Assembly (NCBI GenBank): GCA_964642045.1
Contig: CAZXLZ010000001.1
Coordinates: 1-50,904, forward strand
Origin: an uncultured Clostridiaceae bacterium
GTDB lineage: Bacteria; Bacillota; Clostridia; TANB77; CAG-465
Direction: 5' to 3'
DNA: 50,904 nucleotides
Below, piece after piece: positions 1 to 8,942 of this stretch (the stretch's first letter is position 1; each line of letters begins with the position of its first letter). The position numbers and the translations under genes were made by a program. Under the pieces are notes generated by a model. The model made no database searches and was not told the DNA's origin. It worked only from the letters and a program-made list of their open reading frames with translations.

Positions 1-1349
1 GTTTCTTCCAAAGTTTCATCTTGTATTTGTATATCTTCATTTTTTTCTTCTTTAACACCATCATTTTCTTTTATTTCTTCAGTTACAGTTTCACTTTTTG
101 TCTCTTCTTGCTTCTTATCTTTTTCTATTTCTTCTTCAATCTGTTTTTGTTTTTTAGCTCTTTCTTTCTTTCTTTCATCAGCTGCTTTTTTATGTCCTTG
201 TACTATTATTTCTTGTACATTTTCTTTAATATCTTGAGGAACTTGTAATTCTTCAGACATAAGTATAGCTGTTCTATCTACATCATCTTCAAAATCTTCT
301 ATTTGCTGATCTGAATCAACTATTCTTCCCTCTTGTATAGCAAGCTTTATAGCTGTTTCTAATCTATTAAGTGCCTCTTCTTGTATTTGTTTCTTTAATA
401 GTTCATTCTTTTTCTCATGAATATCTTTAGTTGTAGAATACATTCTATAGAATCCTGATTCTAGCGCTGTACGAACATCTAATAATTTTTGATCATCTCT
501 ATTGTATGTAATATATATAAGTTCAGCAAGTTCATTTGAATCAAGTACTCTTGCTGAAACTGAACAAGTTTGAAGTGCACTAACTATACCTTGAGCTCTT
601 GTATATAACTCTCTATAACAAATATCAAAAAGCTCTTCTTCACTAAATTTTGTTGTTGCATTTACTTCAGATTTATGATATGAAAGAACAACATAGAATT
701 TTCTTTGAAGCATATGCTTATTTAAACTTAATTTTTCAACATAACGAGTTATATCATGAGCATATTCTGATATATTGTACATTTTTTCTCTTTCCATTTG
801 TGCTACTGCTAGTTCTTTATCAGTTGTATTCATACTATTTGCAAGTTTGTTATAATATTCACTTTTTTCTTCATATTCTTTATTAAAGCCTTCTACTCTT
901 TCTTTGTACATGTTAAGACTTGTCTTAAGGTCAATCGCTCTTGCTTGAACATATAACTGTATTGGAGTTGTAAGAGTATTTAAGAATGTTATGAATCCTT
1001 CTTCAACAGCAAGTTGCTCTACTTCAGACATAAGATCATAGTTTATACCTTTACATTGAAGTACCATTGTGAATTTACTACCCTTGTCTTGTATTATCAT
1101 ATCATCTTGTATTTTTTCAAACTCCATAAATTCAAACAAATCTTTTTTTGGAATGTCATTCTTAGAATTTTTAGTGTATGAATATCCTGATTCACTTTCA
1201 TTTGTTTTATTATTTTTAGCTCCACCTTTTATATTCTTTATATCTATTTTGGAAACTCCTGATTTTTTACCTGTTCCCTGATTTTTTTGCTGATAGAAAT
1301 ATGCTATTAAAAGTATTATACCAGCACCAATAAATAAAAATCCTAACAT
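1..1349 (-). CDS. T4SS-associated membrane protein with VirB4/TraE N-terminal-like domain, partial (C-terminus lies outside the window)
   Basis: The minus frame is open from ATG 1349-1347 to the window edge (449 codons). An N-terminal TM segment (MLGFLFIGAGIILLIAYFY) is followed by FEFMEFEKIQDDMIIQDKGSKFTMVLQCKGINYDLMSEVEQLAVEEGFITFLNTLTTPIQLYVQARAIDL. That stretch resembles the N-terminal domain of Gram-positive VirB4/PrgJ/Tn916-ORF16 ATPases. No Walker A is visible; the protein continues into coiled coil and a K/E-rich tail. The start overlaps the upstream stop (TAATG). Confidence 0.45.
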   Translation of the reverse strand, partial: MLGFLFIGAGIILLIAYFYQQKNQGTGKKSGVSKIDIKNIKGGAKNNKTNESESGYSYTKNSKNDIPKKDLFEFMEFEKIQDDMIIQDKGSKFTMVLQCKGINYDLMSEVEQLAVEEGFITFLNTLTTPIQLYVQARAIDLKTSLNMYKERVEGFNKEYEEKSEYYNKLANSMNTTDKELAVAQMEREKMYNISEYAHDITRYVEKLSLNKHMLQRKFYVVLSYHKSEVNATTKFSEEELFDICYRELYTRAQGIVSALQTCSVSARVLDSNELAELIYITYNRDDQKLLDVRTALESGFYRMYSTTKDIHEKKNELLKKQIQEEALNRLETAIKLAIQEGRIVDSDQQIEDFEDDVDRTAILMSEELQVPQDIKENVQEIIVQGHKKAADERKKERAKKQKQIEEEIEKDKKQEETKSETVTEEIKENDGVKEEKNEDIQIQDETLEE

Positions 1350-1696
1350 TATTTTTTCTCTCCTTTGTCATATCTATATATATATATTTTCTTTTTCCTA
1401 ATAAAGGCTATTGATCTAAATAAAATATCCCTTATCTGTTCTCCTCCTGCTTTTTTTAGTGGTCCCATTACGTTAGAATCAGGAATTTTAAAGCTTCCTA
1501 TTACAAATCCTAATACTGCAAATACTCCTACTATTACCCATCCTACTATTGCAGGTAAAAAAGCAGATATAAGCGTCTTAATTAATAATCCAACAAGTGC
1601 AAAAGCTATTGTAAATATAAGTCCTGTAATTGAAAATATATAAAGTATTCTAGATTCACCTTTAACACTCCTTGGAACTGTATATGTTCTTCCCAT
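1349..1696 (-). CDS. PrgI/TcpE-like small conjugation membrane protein
   Basis: 115-aa ORF with two hydrophobic helices after YTVPRSVKGESRILYIFSITGL. It is translationally coupled to the VirB4-N-like gene. The family assignment is from memory of PrgI-family architecture. Confidence 0.45.
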   Translation of the reverse strand: MGRTYTVPRSVKGESRILYIFSITGLIFTIAFALVGLLIKTLISAFLPAIVGWVIVGVFAVLGFVIGSFKIPDSNVMGPLKKAGGEQIRDILFRSIAFIRKKKIYIYRYDKGEKK

Positions 1697-1836
1697 ATTC
1701 TTCCTCCTAAAATTATCCTATAAAATTTTATCATGAAAAATTTTTTTGTTCAATTTTAGGCATATTTTTTTATTATTTTTACTTTATTTATATATAGTTG
1801 AGAGCAATTTGTAATATTGATGTAACATTATTAATA

Positions 1837-1869
1837 AAAAAAACATTCACCTACTTTTGTAGATGAATA
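1837..1869 (-). terminator. Intrinsic terminator downstream of the triple-pilin gene
   Basis: Minus-strand RNA AUUCAUCUAC-AAAA-GUAGGUGAAU forms a 10-bp stem with one G-U pair, followed by U8. Confidence 0.7.
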
Positions 1870-1882
1870 TTTTTATTTTAAT

Positions 1883-2905
1883 TTATTTTAGTATATCACT
1901 TCCTACTTTTTGTACAAAAGTTATAATTTCAGTTGTTCCAAACACTATTGCAGCTCCTGCTAAAAGAATCACAGTTTGTCTCTTTATATCAGCTCTTTGA
2001 TCAGCAGACATAAACATATATCTCACACCTGTGCCTACAATAACCGCTACTGCTAATATTTGTATAATTACCTTAGCCGTTCCCCAAATTCTATCTATTA
2101 CACCTCTTACATCTTTAATGTTTGAATCGTCATATCCTGGAGTTCCAACAGAATTAACTGTATTATTATCTACTCCTAAAACTTCTGTTGTAGCTTTTGT
2201 AATAAATCCTATTACATCCGTTAAGCAGAACACAATTACCAGTCCTACTATAACAGGGAATAATTTTTTCTTAAGATCTGCTTTAGTATCGGCTGATTCA
2301 AACATATATTTTAATCCCGTTGCAGCAAGGCCAATTACAGCTAAGATTTTAACAGAGTATGCAACCATAGTCCATATGCTTGTTTGCATAGTGTCAAAAC
2401 TATCAGCAGTAAATATCCCTTCAGCAATTCCAAAGAAAAAGTCCTTTATTCCTTTCGCCATATAGAAAAATACTACGCCTACTGACATATTTATAGCACT
2501 TTCTTTTATAGATGCTTTTTCTGCAACACCAGACCATACATATCTAAGTCCCATAATAGCAGCTGCACATATTATAATTAAATTTCCAATAACAAATATT
2601 GCATCAATAATGGTATTAAAAACATCTGTAAAATCTAGTAAACCCGTATCATCTCCACTAACGCCATTTTTAATAGAATTCTTGAAAAAATCATTCGCCT
2701 TACTTATAATATCATTAAGACTTTGACTACTTTTAGCATTACCAGTAGTTGTAGTCGTTGTCGGTGCATTAGGATCTGAACCTCCATCATCCATTACAAC
2801 TGGACCACCCTTACCACCAGGTAGCGCTGCATACACATTCAAAAGCATTGGAGCAATAATAAGCATTATTCCAAAAGCTATAATAAATCTATTTATTTTT
2901 TTCAT
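1883..2905 (-). CDS. Secreted membrane protein with three tandem TrbC/VirB2 pilin-like repeats
   Basis: 340 aa with a signal peptide and a Thr-rich stretch. Three helix-loop-helix units follow, each carrying the motif G(L/V)(R/K)Y(V/M)(W/F)xxAxxKAx(I/L)K. The instances are GLRYVWSGVAEKASIKE, GLKYMFESADTKADLKK and GVRYMFMSADQRADIKR. The neighbouring 118-aa pilin-like gene has the same motif. Confidence 0.5.
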   Translation of the reverse strand: MKKINRFIIAFGIMLIIAPMLLNVYAALPGGKGGPVVMDDGGSDPNAPTTTTTTGNAKSSQSLNDIISKANDFFKNSIKNGVSGDDTGLLDFTDVFNTIIDAIFVIGNLIIICAAAIMGLRYVWSGVAEKASIKESAINMSVGVVFFYMAKGIKDFFFGIAEGIFTADSFDTMQTSIWTMVAYSVKILAVIGLAATGLKYMFESADTKADLKKKLFPVIVGLVIVFCLTDVIGFITKATTEVLGVDNNTVNSVGTPGYDDSNIKDVRGVIDRIWGTAKVIIQILAVAVIVGTGVRYMFMSADQRADIKRQTVILLAGAAIVFGTTEIITFVQKVGSDILK

Positions 2906-2921
2906 CTTGTATCCTCCGCAT

Positions 2922-2954
2922 AAAAAATATTACAAGAGTCCATCTTGTAATATT
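2922..2954 (-). terminator. Intrinsic terminator between the single pilin gene and the triple-pilin gene
   Basis: Minus-strand AUAUUACAAGA-UGGAC-UCUUGUAAUAU followed by a U-run. Confidence 0.7.
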
Positions 2955-2981
2955 CATGTTTGTTTATTTTTATATTATAAA

Positions 2982-3338
2982 CTATGTAGTAACTTCATTT
3001 ACAGTTTTTGTTATGAAGCTAACAATTGTTCCAGCAGCGAAAACTAAAATAGCACCTACTACTAATGTAATAGTTTGTTTCTTTATATCAGCTTTATCAT
3101 TTGCTGATGCAAACATATATCTAACTCCTGCAAAAACTATAGCAGCAACAGCTAGTATTTGTAATATTAAAGAAACTGAACCCCATATTTTCTTTGCTGC
3201 ATTATCAATGCTTTCTACACTACCATTTGACAAATCACTAGCATTACTCCACGTAATTCCAAAAACATTAGAAACTATAAGTAGTCCTACTAACACTACT
3301 GGCATTATTTTGCAAAGTATTTTTGTAATTTTTTTCAT
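2982..3338 (-). CDS. TrbC/VirB2-like pilin
   Basis: 118 aa: signal peptide, TM, GVRYMFASANDKADIKKQ loop, second TM. This matches the size and topology of TrbC/VirB2 family proteins. Confidence 0.5.
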   Translation of the reverse strand: MKKITKILCKIMPVVLVGLLIVSNVFGITWSNASDLSNGSVESIDNAAKKIWGSVSLILQILAVAAIVFAGVRYMFASANDKADIKKQTITLVVGAILVFAAGTIVSFITKTVNEVTT

Positions 3339-3535
3339 AAAAAATTCCTCCTTAAATTTACAATTTTATTATAACATTTATTTTTTCATGTTCAATACTT
3401 TTATTTAATTTTTGTCATTTTATTATATTTATTTGCAGATTTAATACACTTTATGAAATATTTTTGTAACAAATTTAATTTTGTATATTATTTTTTATTG
3501 ATTTTGTATATTACATTGGTTATAATACTTTTGAG

Positions 3536-4040
3536 GTGATATATATTAAAAAGTTTTTTATTTCTTTTATTTTTATAATTTTTATCTTAATTTTATTTTT
3601 TTCTGAAAATAATTTAGATTCTAATTTCCACTTTCCCACTGATTATTATAACTATATATCTTCATATTTTGGAAGTAGACAGTTATTTGGAAGCTCTAAT
3701 TTTCATACAGGAGTAGATTTTTTAGCTCCACAAGGCACTGAAGTTAGGGCATGTAATTCTGGGTATGTTAAGTATGCAAGTTTCTTAAATGGATATGGCA
3801 ACTGTATCATTTTACTTCATGATAATGGTTATAGGTCACTATACGCACATCTTAGTGAAAACTTTATTGTAAATGTTCGGAGACTTTGTTAGTACTGATC
3901 AGATTATATCCTATGTTGGCCCATACATGCTTTCAAATGGAGTTATAAATGGAAATACAACAGGACCTCATTTACATTTTGAACTGTATAATGAAAAAGG
4001 AGACCTTATCGATCCCCTTTCTATTAATTATTCACAGTAG
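3536..4040 (+). CDS. M23 family metallopeptidase, interrupted by a one-base frameshift at CGG 3878-3880
   Basis: The N-terminal part has HTGVDFLAPQGTEVRACNSGYV...LYAHLSENFIVNV. The +1 frame continues GDFVSTDQIISYVGP...TGPHLHFELY to TAG at 4038-4040. The join restores the M23 consensus V-G-D-x-V...GPHLHFE. Confidence 0.75.
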
Positions 4041-4671
4041 CATTTATTTCTTCACAAACACCAAATTTTGATGCTGATACTTCATATGCCACATTTTTTA
4101 TTACGCTTCCATCTTCTAATTTTTTTTCATAATTCCTTGCTTGAATTCTACCCTCTATTTTTACTTTTGTTCCTACTTCTAAATTTTCAGAAAATTTCGC
4201 GTTTCTTCCCCAAAGTATACAAGGTATGTAATCTGATTTTTTATATGATCTATTTACTGCTATAAGTACATCTGATATTTCCCTACCAAGTGGTGTTTTT
4301 CTATATACTGGTTTTTTACATATAAATCCTTCTAAAGCTATATTATTTAATTTATTAACTTCCTCTTCAGTTTTTACTTCAAACTTCTTAGCAAATACAG
4401 ATAGTATAAGTTTACTTCTCTCTTTAGATAAATCATTATATGATCTAAACTGACCTTCTATTTCTACAAATGTACCAATATTTAATTCATTAATATTTAT
4501 AAGTCTTTCAGATACTATAACAGGTAAATTATCTTTAAGTTCACTTAGTCTATCAACTTCAACAAAAACTTTATAGAATTTTTCTTCATAGACTTCATGA
4601 CTAAAAACAAATTCACTATTTATTACTCCACCTATTTTTACCGTATTATTTGTTATAACTGTATTTTCCAT
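4024..4671 (-). CDS. Single-stranded DNA-binding-like protein with two OB folds
   Basis: 215 aa with two repeats of an SSB-like pattern (N.V.I.G.I...FY.F.V...R.S...D.LPV.VSE..I...G..V.I.G..RSYN; second unit G..V.I.GRIQARNY). Its 3' end converges on the M23 gene with a 17-nt overlap. Confidence 0.55.
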   Translation of the reverse strand: MENTVITNNTVKIGGVINSEFVFSHEVYEEKFYKVFVEVDRLSELKDNLPVIVSERLININELNIGTFVEIEGQFRSYNDLSKERSKLILSVFAKKFEVKTEEEVNKLNNIALEGFICKKPVYRKTPLGREISDVLIAVNRSYKKSDYIPCILWGRNAKFSENLEVGTKVKIEGRIQARNYEKKLEDGSVIKNVAYEVSASKFGVCEEINATVNN

Positions 4672-4855
4672 ATTTCCTCCTTGGATACTTACATATATTT
4701 AATCTTATGTTATAAGTCACAAAAAAATGACTGGATACTTAGGTATTATATCACAGTCATTTACATTTGTAAAGTTTTATGTGTCTTAAAGTTTGTATAA
4801 TCATTTATAAATAGTAATTGTTACGTGTTTTTTTCAAAATATTTTATTTTTTAAT

Positions 4856-6136
4856 TTATGGTTTTAGTGCAGTAATAGGTACAACATATACTCCATCTGG
4901 TCTTTTTACAATAGCATCATATAGTCCACAAATCACACACAGAAACTTAGGCTTAACTTCTGCTAATTCATAAAATCTTTTAAGACTATCTACAGCCTCT
5001 TCTTCTCTATTTGAACCTAATTTTATTTCTATTGCTCCATATTCGCCATCTGCAATTTCAACAATTGCATCAACTTCCACACCTGTATCATTTTCTCTAT
5101 AATGATACAGGTTAGCACCTATACTCTCAGCATATATTTTTAAATCTCTTTCACATAATGCTTCAAAATATAAACCCATAGTTTCCAAATCATTTACTAA
5201 TTTTTCAGGTGTTATATTTAAAATTGCACATCCTAATGATGGATCTACAAAATGTCTTTTTGGATTTTTCCCTACATTTAATCTCGAACGAATTTTATAC
5301 ATAAAAGATCTCTGATTTTCAATTAAATGCAATCTATTTAGTACATCTAAATAATCTGTAATCGAATTTCTACTTACAGTAATACCTTCATCCATATTAT
5401 TATCTTCAATATCTTTCATTAATACATTATTAGATGAAACTGTACTTTCATTTCTAGCAAGAGATCTAAGTAACATTTCCATTTTTTCTTTATCTCTTTT
5501 TATTCCATCTATTTCTATAATATCTTTATCTAGAACTGCATCAATATAACTTCTTGATATTTTCATAGCACCAGATATACTAATATTAATAGTCTCAGGC
5601 CACCCCCCTCTAACTATTAATTCAGCTAAACGTTTTAGTTCTACTTTTTCTACTCTTTTATTTTCTACTTTATTACAAAACAGATCTTTCAAAGAAACGT
5701 CTCCAGTAGAATCTCCAGATTCATACAAAGACATTGTATACATTTTCATTTTACATATTCTTCCTGCACCTGAATGATGTATTTTATCGCTAATTGGAAC
5801 ACTTGAACCTGTTAAGATATATTTACCTTTTTTTGAATCTTCATCACATTTGAACCTTACTGCATCCCACACAGCAGGTACTTCTTGCCATTCATCAATA
5901 AGCTCTGGCATATCTTTATTTAATACTAAATTCACATCCATTTCTGCTAAATGTTTTTCTCTAAAATTATCTGCTGTATTGTTTAAGTATGTAACACTAT
6001 TAGAATGATTTAAAGCCGTCCATGTTTTCCCACACCACTTTGGTCCTTCAATACTTATAGCGCCAAATATTTTTAAATTTTCTTCTATTTCTTTATCTAT
6101 TAATCTTGGAATATAACCACTTTTTGTAAGTTTCAT
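4856..6136 (-). CDS. AAA+ ATPase with DUF4143 C-terminal domain
   Basis: 426 aa. P-loop GPKWCGKT, and an overall AAA_14 plus DUF4143 layout remembered from widespread ATP-binding proteins. AGGAGG RBS upstream. Confidence 0.75.
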   Translation of the reverse strand: MKLTKSGYIPRLIDKEIEENLKIFGAISIEGPKWCGKTWTALNHSNSVTYLNNTADNFREKHLAEMDVNLVLNKDMPELIDEWQEVPAVWDAVRFKCDEDSKKGKYILTGSSVPISDKIHHSGAGRICKMKMYTMSLYESGDSTGDVSLKDLFCNKVENKRVEKVELKRLAELIVRGGWPETINISISGAMKISRSYIDAVLDKDIIEIDGIKRDKEKMEMLLRSLARNESTVSSNNVLMKDIEDNNMDEGITVSRNSITDYLDVLNRLHLIENQRSFMYKIRSRLNVGKNPKRHFVDPSLGCAILNITPEKLVNDLETMGLYFEALCERDLKIYAESIGANLYHYRENDTGVEVDAIVEIADGEYGAIEIKLGSNREEEAVDSLKRFYELAEVKPKFLCVICGLYDAIVKRPDGVYVVPITALKP

Positions 6137-6191
6137 TAAATGCCTCCTTTAATTAAATAATATCATATTTTTTTTTGATTTTCAATATCAA

Positions 6192-6251
6192 TGTGCATTT
6201 TTTGAGTAATTCGTTGTGCATTTTTTGACATTTTTATTGTGCATTTTTTGA
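6192..6251. repeat. Three direct repeats TGTGCATTTTTTGA with 23-nt period, upstream of the DUF4143 ATPase promoter
   Basis: Copies at 6192-6205, 6215-6228 and 6238-6251. In gene orientation they read TCAAAAAATGCACA(A/T) and sit just upstream of a TTGATA-N18-TATGAT promoter-like element. Confidence 0.85.
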
Positions 6252-6403
6252 TACTTAATTTTATATTCCTGTAGCTGTCAAGAGAGTAGGCACAAATTTT
6301 TTAATTTTATATTTTTAAAGTATCCATTATACTACTTTTTTATCACTTTCTATTTTTAAAGTAGACACATATCTTATGAGGATGCTCTTTTGTTTTATCA
6401 CCA

Positions 6404-6700
6404 TTAATTTTTTAAGCATCCTATTGGAACAACTAGAATTCCATTTCCAGTTGTATATGCCATCTTTGTATTTGTAACAATCATTAAAAATTCAGGTTTT
6501 CTTAATCTACCATTTTTTAAATTAAGTCTTTTAATTCTGATAAATGCTTTTCTGCTTCTTCTGTAATTTTTCACTTTCTATTTTTGTTTCTATCAAGCAA
6601 TACTTACCATTATCAAAATGAGCTACTTCATCACATTCTAATCCATATCTATCTTTATAATAATTTGATGTTCCTTCTATCGAATATATTTTATACTATA
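6404..6700 (-). pseudogene. Relic C-terminal fragment of a second DUF4143 ATPase gene
   Basis: Minus-strand translation across several frames gives KIYSIEGTSNYYKDRYGLECDEVAHFDNGKYCLIETKIES, then EEAEKHLSELKDLI, then KPEFLMIVTNTKMAYTTGNGILVVPIGCLKN-stop. This is colinear with the C-terminus of the intact neighbour (KIYAESIGANLYHYREND...EIKLGSN...KPKFLCVICG...GVYVVPITALKP). Confidence 0.6.
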
Positions 6701-6749
6701 CCTTTTATTTATTTCAATATTTTGTTGTTTTTAGATATAATAGACACTA

Positions 6750-7521
6750 TTATTTTAAAATCAGCATCGCTAAAAAATACAATAAAAAATGCTGAAGTGG
6801 ATAAAATGCGTAAAAAATAATAGTAATGATTTTAGATTTTTTTCCTTTTTCACCATTATACATAAACATAAACGGTAATGATAAAACAGCAAAAGCTTCG
6901 AATGTATTCATGTATATAGCAATAAATAATAAAGTTGAGATTGTAAGAAAAATATAATATTTATTTTGACTTATTATATTTTCTAAATAAAGTTTCTTTG
7001 CAAAGTACATAAGTACAATATATATAATAAGCTCAAATGAATAATCAGCCTCAATAAATATGTAAGCCAAAAATATTAGTGCAGTAAAAAGTATTAATAC
7101 TTTAAGCTTTCTATCTATTTTTTCTTTATTTTTATATAAGTTTATGACTTCATCTAAAACCTTTAATACAATTAAAGAAAAAGCAAATGTTATAATTACA
7201 TTTATTTTTAAAATACTTTTATCTACAATATATTTGGGATAAAAATAATTATTTAATGTATATAGTCCAAAAACTACAATTTGAGTTATTACTCCGAACA
7301 GTAAAAAGCCTTGATACATATTTGTTTATATTCTTTGTATGAAAGAATCCTTCTACTATCATAAATGCAAAAAGTGGCATTGCAATTCTTCCTACTACTC
7401 TTAAAGCTATATATTCTGTTTGTCCAAAAATTTTACTAAAATATACAGCTATATGGTCTATAATTACGGCCATTATAGCTATACATTTTAATTTATTGGA
7501 ATTTATAAATTTTAAATTCAT
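6750..7521 (-). CDS. traX: TraX family protein, interrupted by a one-base frameshift near 7294-7310
   Basis: The N-terminal ORF has LKCIAIMAVIIDHIAVYF...GRIAMPLFAFMIVEGFFHTKNINKY, typical of TraX. The C-terminal polytopic part is in the +1 frame. The shift lies either at the in-frame CGG (complement of 7294-7296) or in the adjacent T5 run. Confidence 0.7.
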
Positions 7522-8831
7522 TCTTTACCTTCTTTTAAAAGTTTCATCATATTAGATTTATATGCTTCTACACCAGGCTGATTAAATGGATTTACTCCTG
7601 ATATATATGCACTTATTGCACAAGCTTTTTCAAAGAAATATATAAGTTCTCCTATACTATATGCATTTAATTCTTCTATTTCAATTACCATTGTTGGAAC
7701 CATACCATCTATATGTGCTTTTAATGTTCCAAGATATGCCTGTTTATTTATATAATCTATATCTTTGCCAGCTAAGTAATTTAGCTCATCTTCATTTTTC
7801 TCAACTTCTGGAAGTGATATTAAACTTTTGTCAATCTTTACAGATAGAACAGTTTCAAATATATTTCTTTTTCCTTCTTGAAGCATTTGTCCCATTGAAT
7901 GAAGATCTGTTGTAAGATTCACACCAGCAGGAAAAATTCCTTTTCCATCTTTTCCTTCGCTTTCACCAAAAAGTTGTTTAAACCATTCAATAAACATAGC
8001 CATGCAAGGTTCATATGCAGCCATAACTTCTATATCTTTACCTTTTGCATTTAATATATTCCTATATGCAGCGTATCTATAACACATATTAGTTTCAAAG
8101 TTTTCTTCGCTATATACATAAGATGAAAAAAGTGCGCCATCAATTACATCTTCAAAATCAATATTTGCAACTGCCATAGGAAGAAGACCTACTGGAGTTA
8201 ATACTGAATATCTACCACCAACATCCTTTGGTATAACAAACTTTTCATATCCATTTTTTCTTGCTATATCACAAAGAAGTCCATCATAATCATCTGTTGT
8301 AACATATATTCTTTCTGCTGCTCCAGCTACTCCATACTTTTGTTCAAGTATTAATCTAAATATTCTAAATGCTATAGCTGGCTCTAGCGTTTTACCTGAT
8401 TTAGATATTACATTTATAGCAAATTCCTTATCTTTTACAAATTCAACTAAATCTCTTAAATACTTTCCACTTAGGTTATTGCCAGCAAATATTATCTGAG
8501 GATGCTTTCTTTCATTTCTTGACTGTAAATTAGAAAATGTTGAATCAAGCATATCTATAACAGCCTTAGCACCTAAGTATGAACCACCAATACCTATTAC
8601 AATAAATACATCTGCTTGTTTTTGTATCCTATCACTACAAAATTTTATATGCTCTATTTCTTCCTCTTTTATCTTATTTGGAAGATCAAGCCAGCCAAGC
8701 ATATTATTTCCAGCACCATTTTTATCTTTTAACATTTTAGCTGATTCCATTACTCTATCTTTCATAAGTTCTAGTTCATAATCTTCAACGAATTTTTTTA
8801 CTCCATCTTCATTAAAATTTATTGCTTGCAT
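7518..8831 (-). CDS. pgi: Glucose-6-phosphate isomerase
   Basis: Motifs GIGGSYLGAKAV, GGRYSVLTPVGLLP and ESEGKDGKGI. The start is moved to MQAINF because GAGGAGG precedes that ATG by 6 nt; the longer ORF start overlaps the RBS. Confidence 0.9.
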   Translation of the reverse strand: MQAINFNEDGVKKFVEDYELELMKDRVMESAKMLKDKNGAGNNMLGWLDLPNKIKEEEIEHIKFCSDRIQKQADVFIVIGIGGSYLGAKAVIDMLDSTFSNLQSRNERKHPQIIFAGNNLSGKYLRDLVEFVKDKEFAINVISKSGKTLEPAIAFRIFRLILEQKYGVAGAAERIYVTTDDYDGLLCDIARKNGYEKFVIPKDVGGRYSVLTPVGLLPMAVANIDFEDVIDGALFSSYVYSEENFETNMCYRYAAYRNILNAKGKDIEVMAAYEPCMAMFIEWFKQLFGESEGKDGKGIFPAGVNLTTDLHSMGQMLQEGKRNIFETVLSVKIDKSLISLPEVEKNEDELNYLAGKDIDYINKQAYLGTLKAHIDGMVPTMVIEIEELNAYSIGELIYFFEKACAISAYISGVNPFNQPGVEAYKSNMMKLLKEGKE

Positions 8832-8942
8832 AAAAAACCTCCTCTTATAGTTCAAATTTATAATAATTATACCACACCTATAGTAGTTTTTTCATCAATA
8901 TTTTATAATAATACAAAAATTGTAATAATAGCGTAACAATGT

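Noticed and set aside
21-1281. Plus-strand ORFs 21-248, 650-886 and 1069-1281, with F/L/I/S-rich low-complexity translations
   Set aside because: They are antisense to a long, sensible minus-strand reading frame (the VirB4-N-like protein). They have no RBS. Their composition is what one expects from the reverse frame of A-rich coding DNA.
2031-3408. Plus-strand ORFs 2031-2465 and 2956-3408
   Set aside because: They are antisense shadows of the two pilin-like genes. There are no start signals, and the minus-strand products show the repeated motif structure.
6192-6251. Possible CRISPR array
   Set aside because: There are only three 14-nt repeats with 9-nt spacers. That is far too short for CRISPR, and there are no cas genes in the window.
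7518-8855. Longer pgi start (MNYKRRFF...)
   Set aside because: The extra 8 codons overlap the GAGGAGG RBS that serves the internal ATG at 8831, and they are not part of conserved Pgi N-termini.
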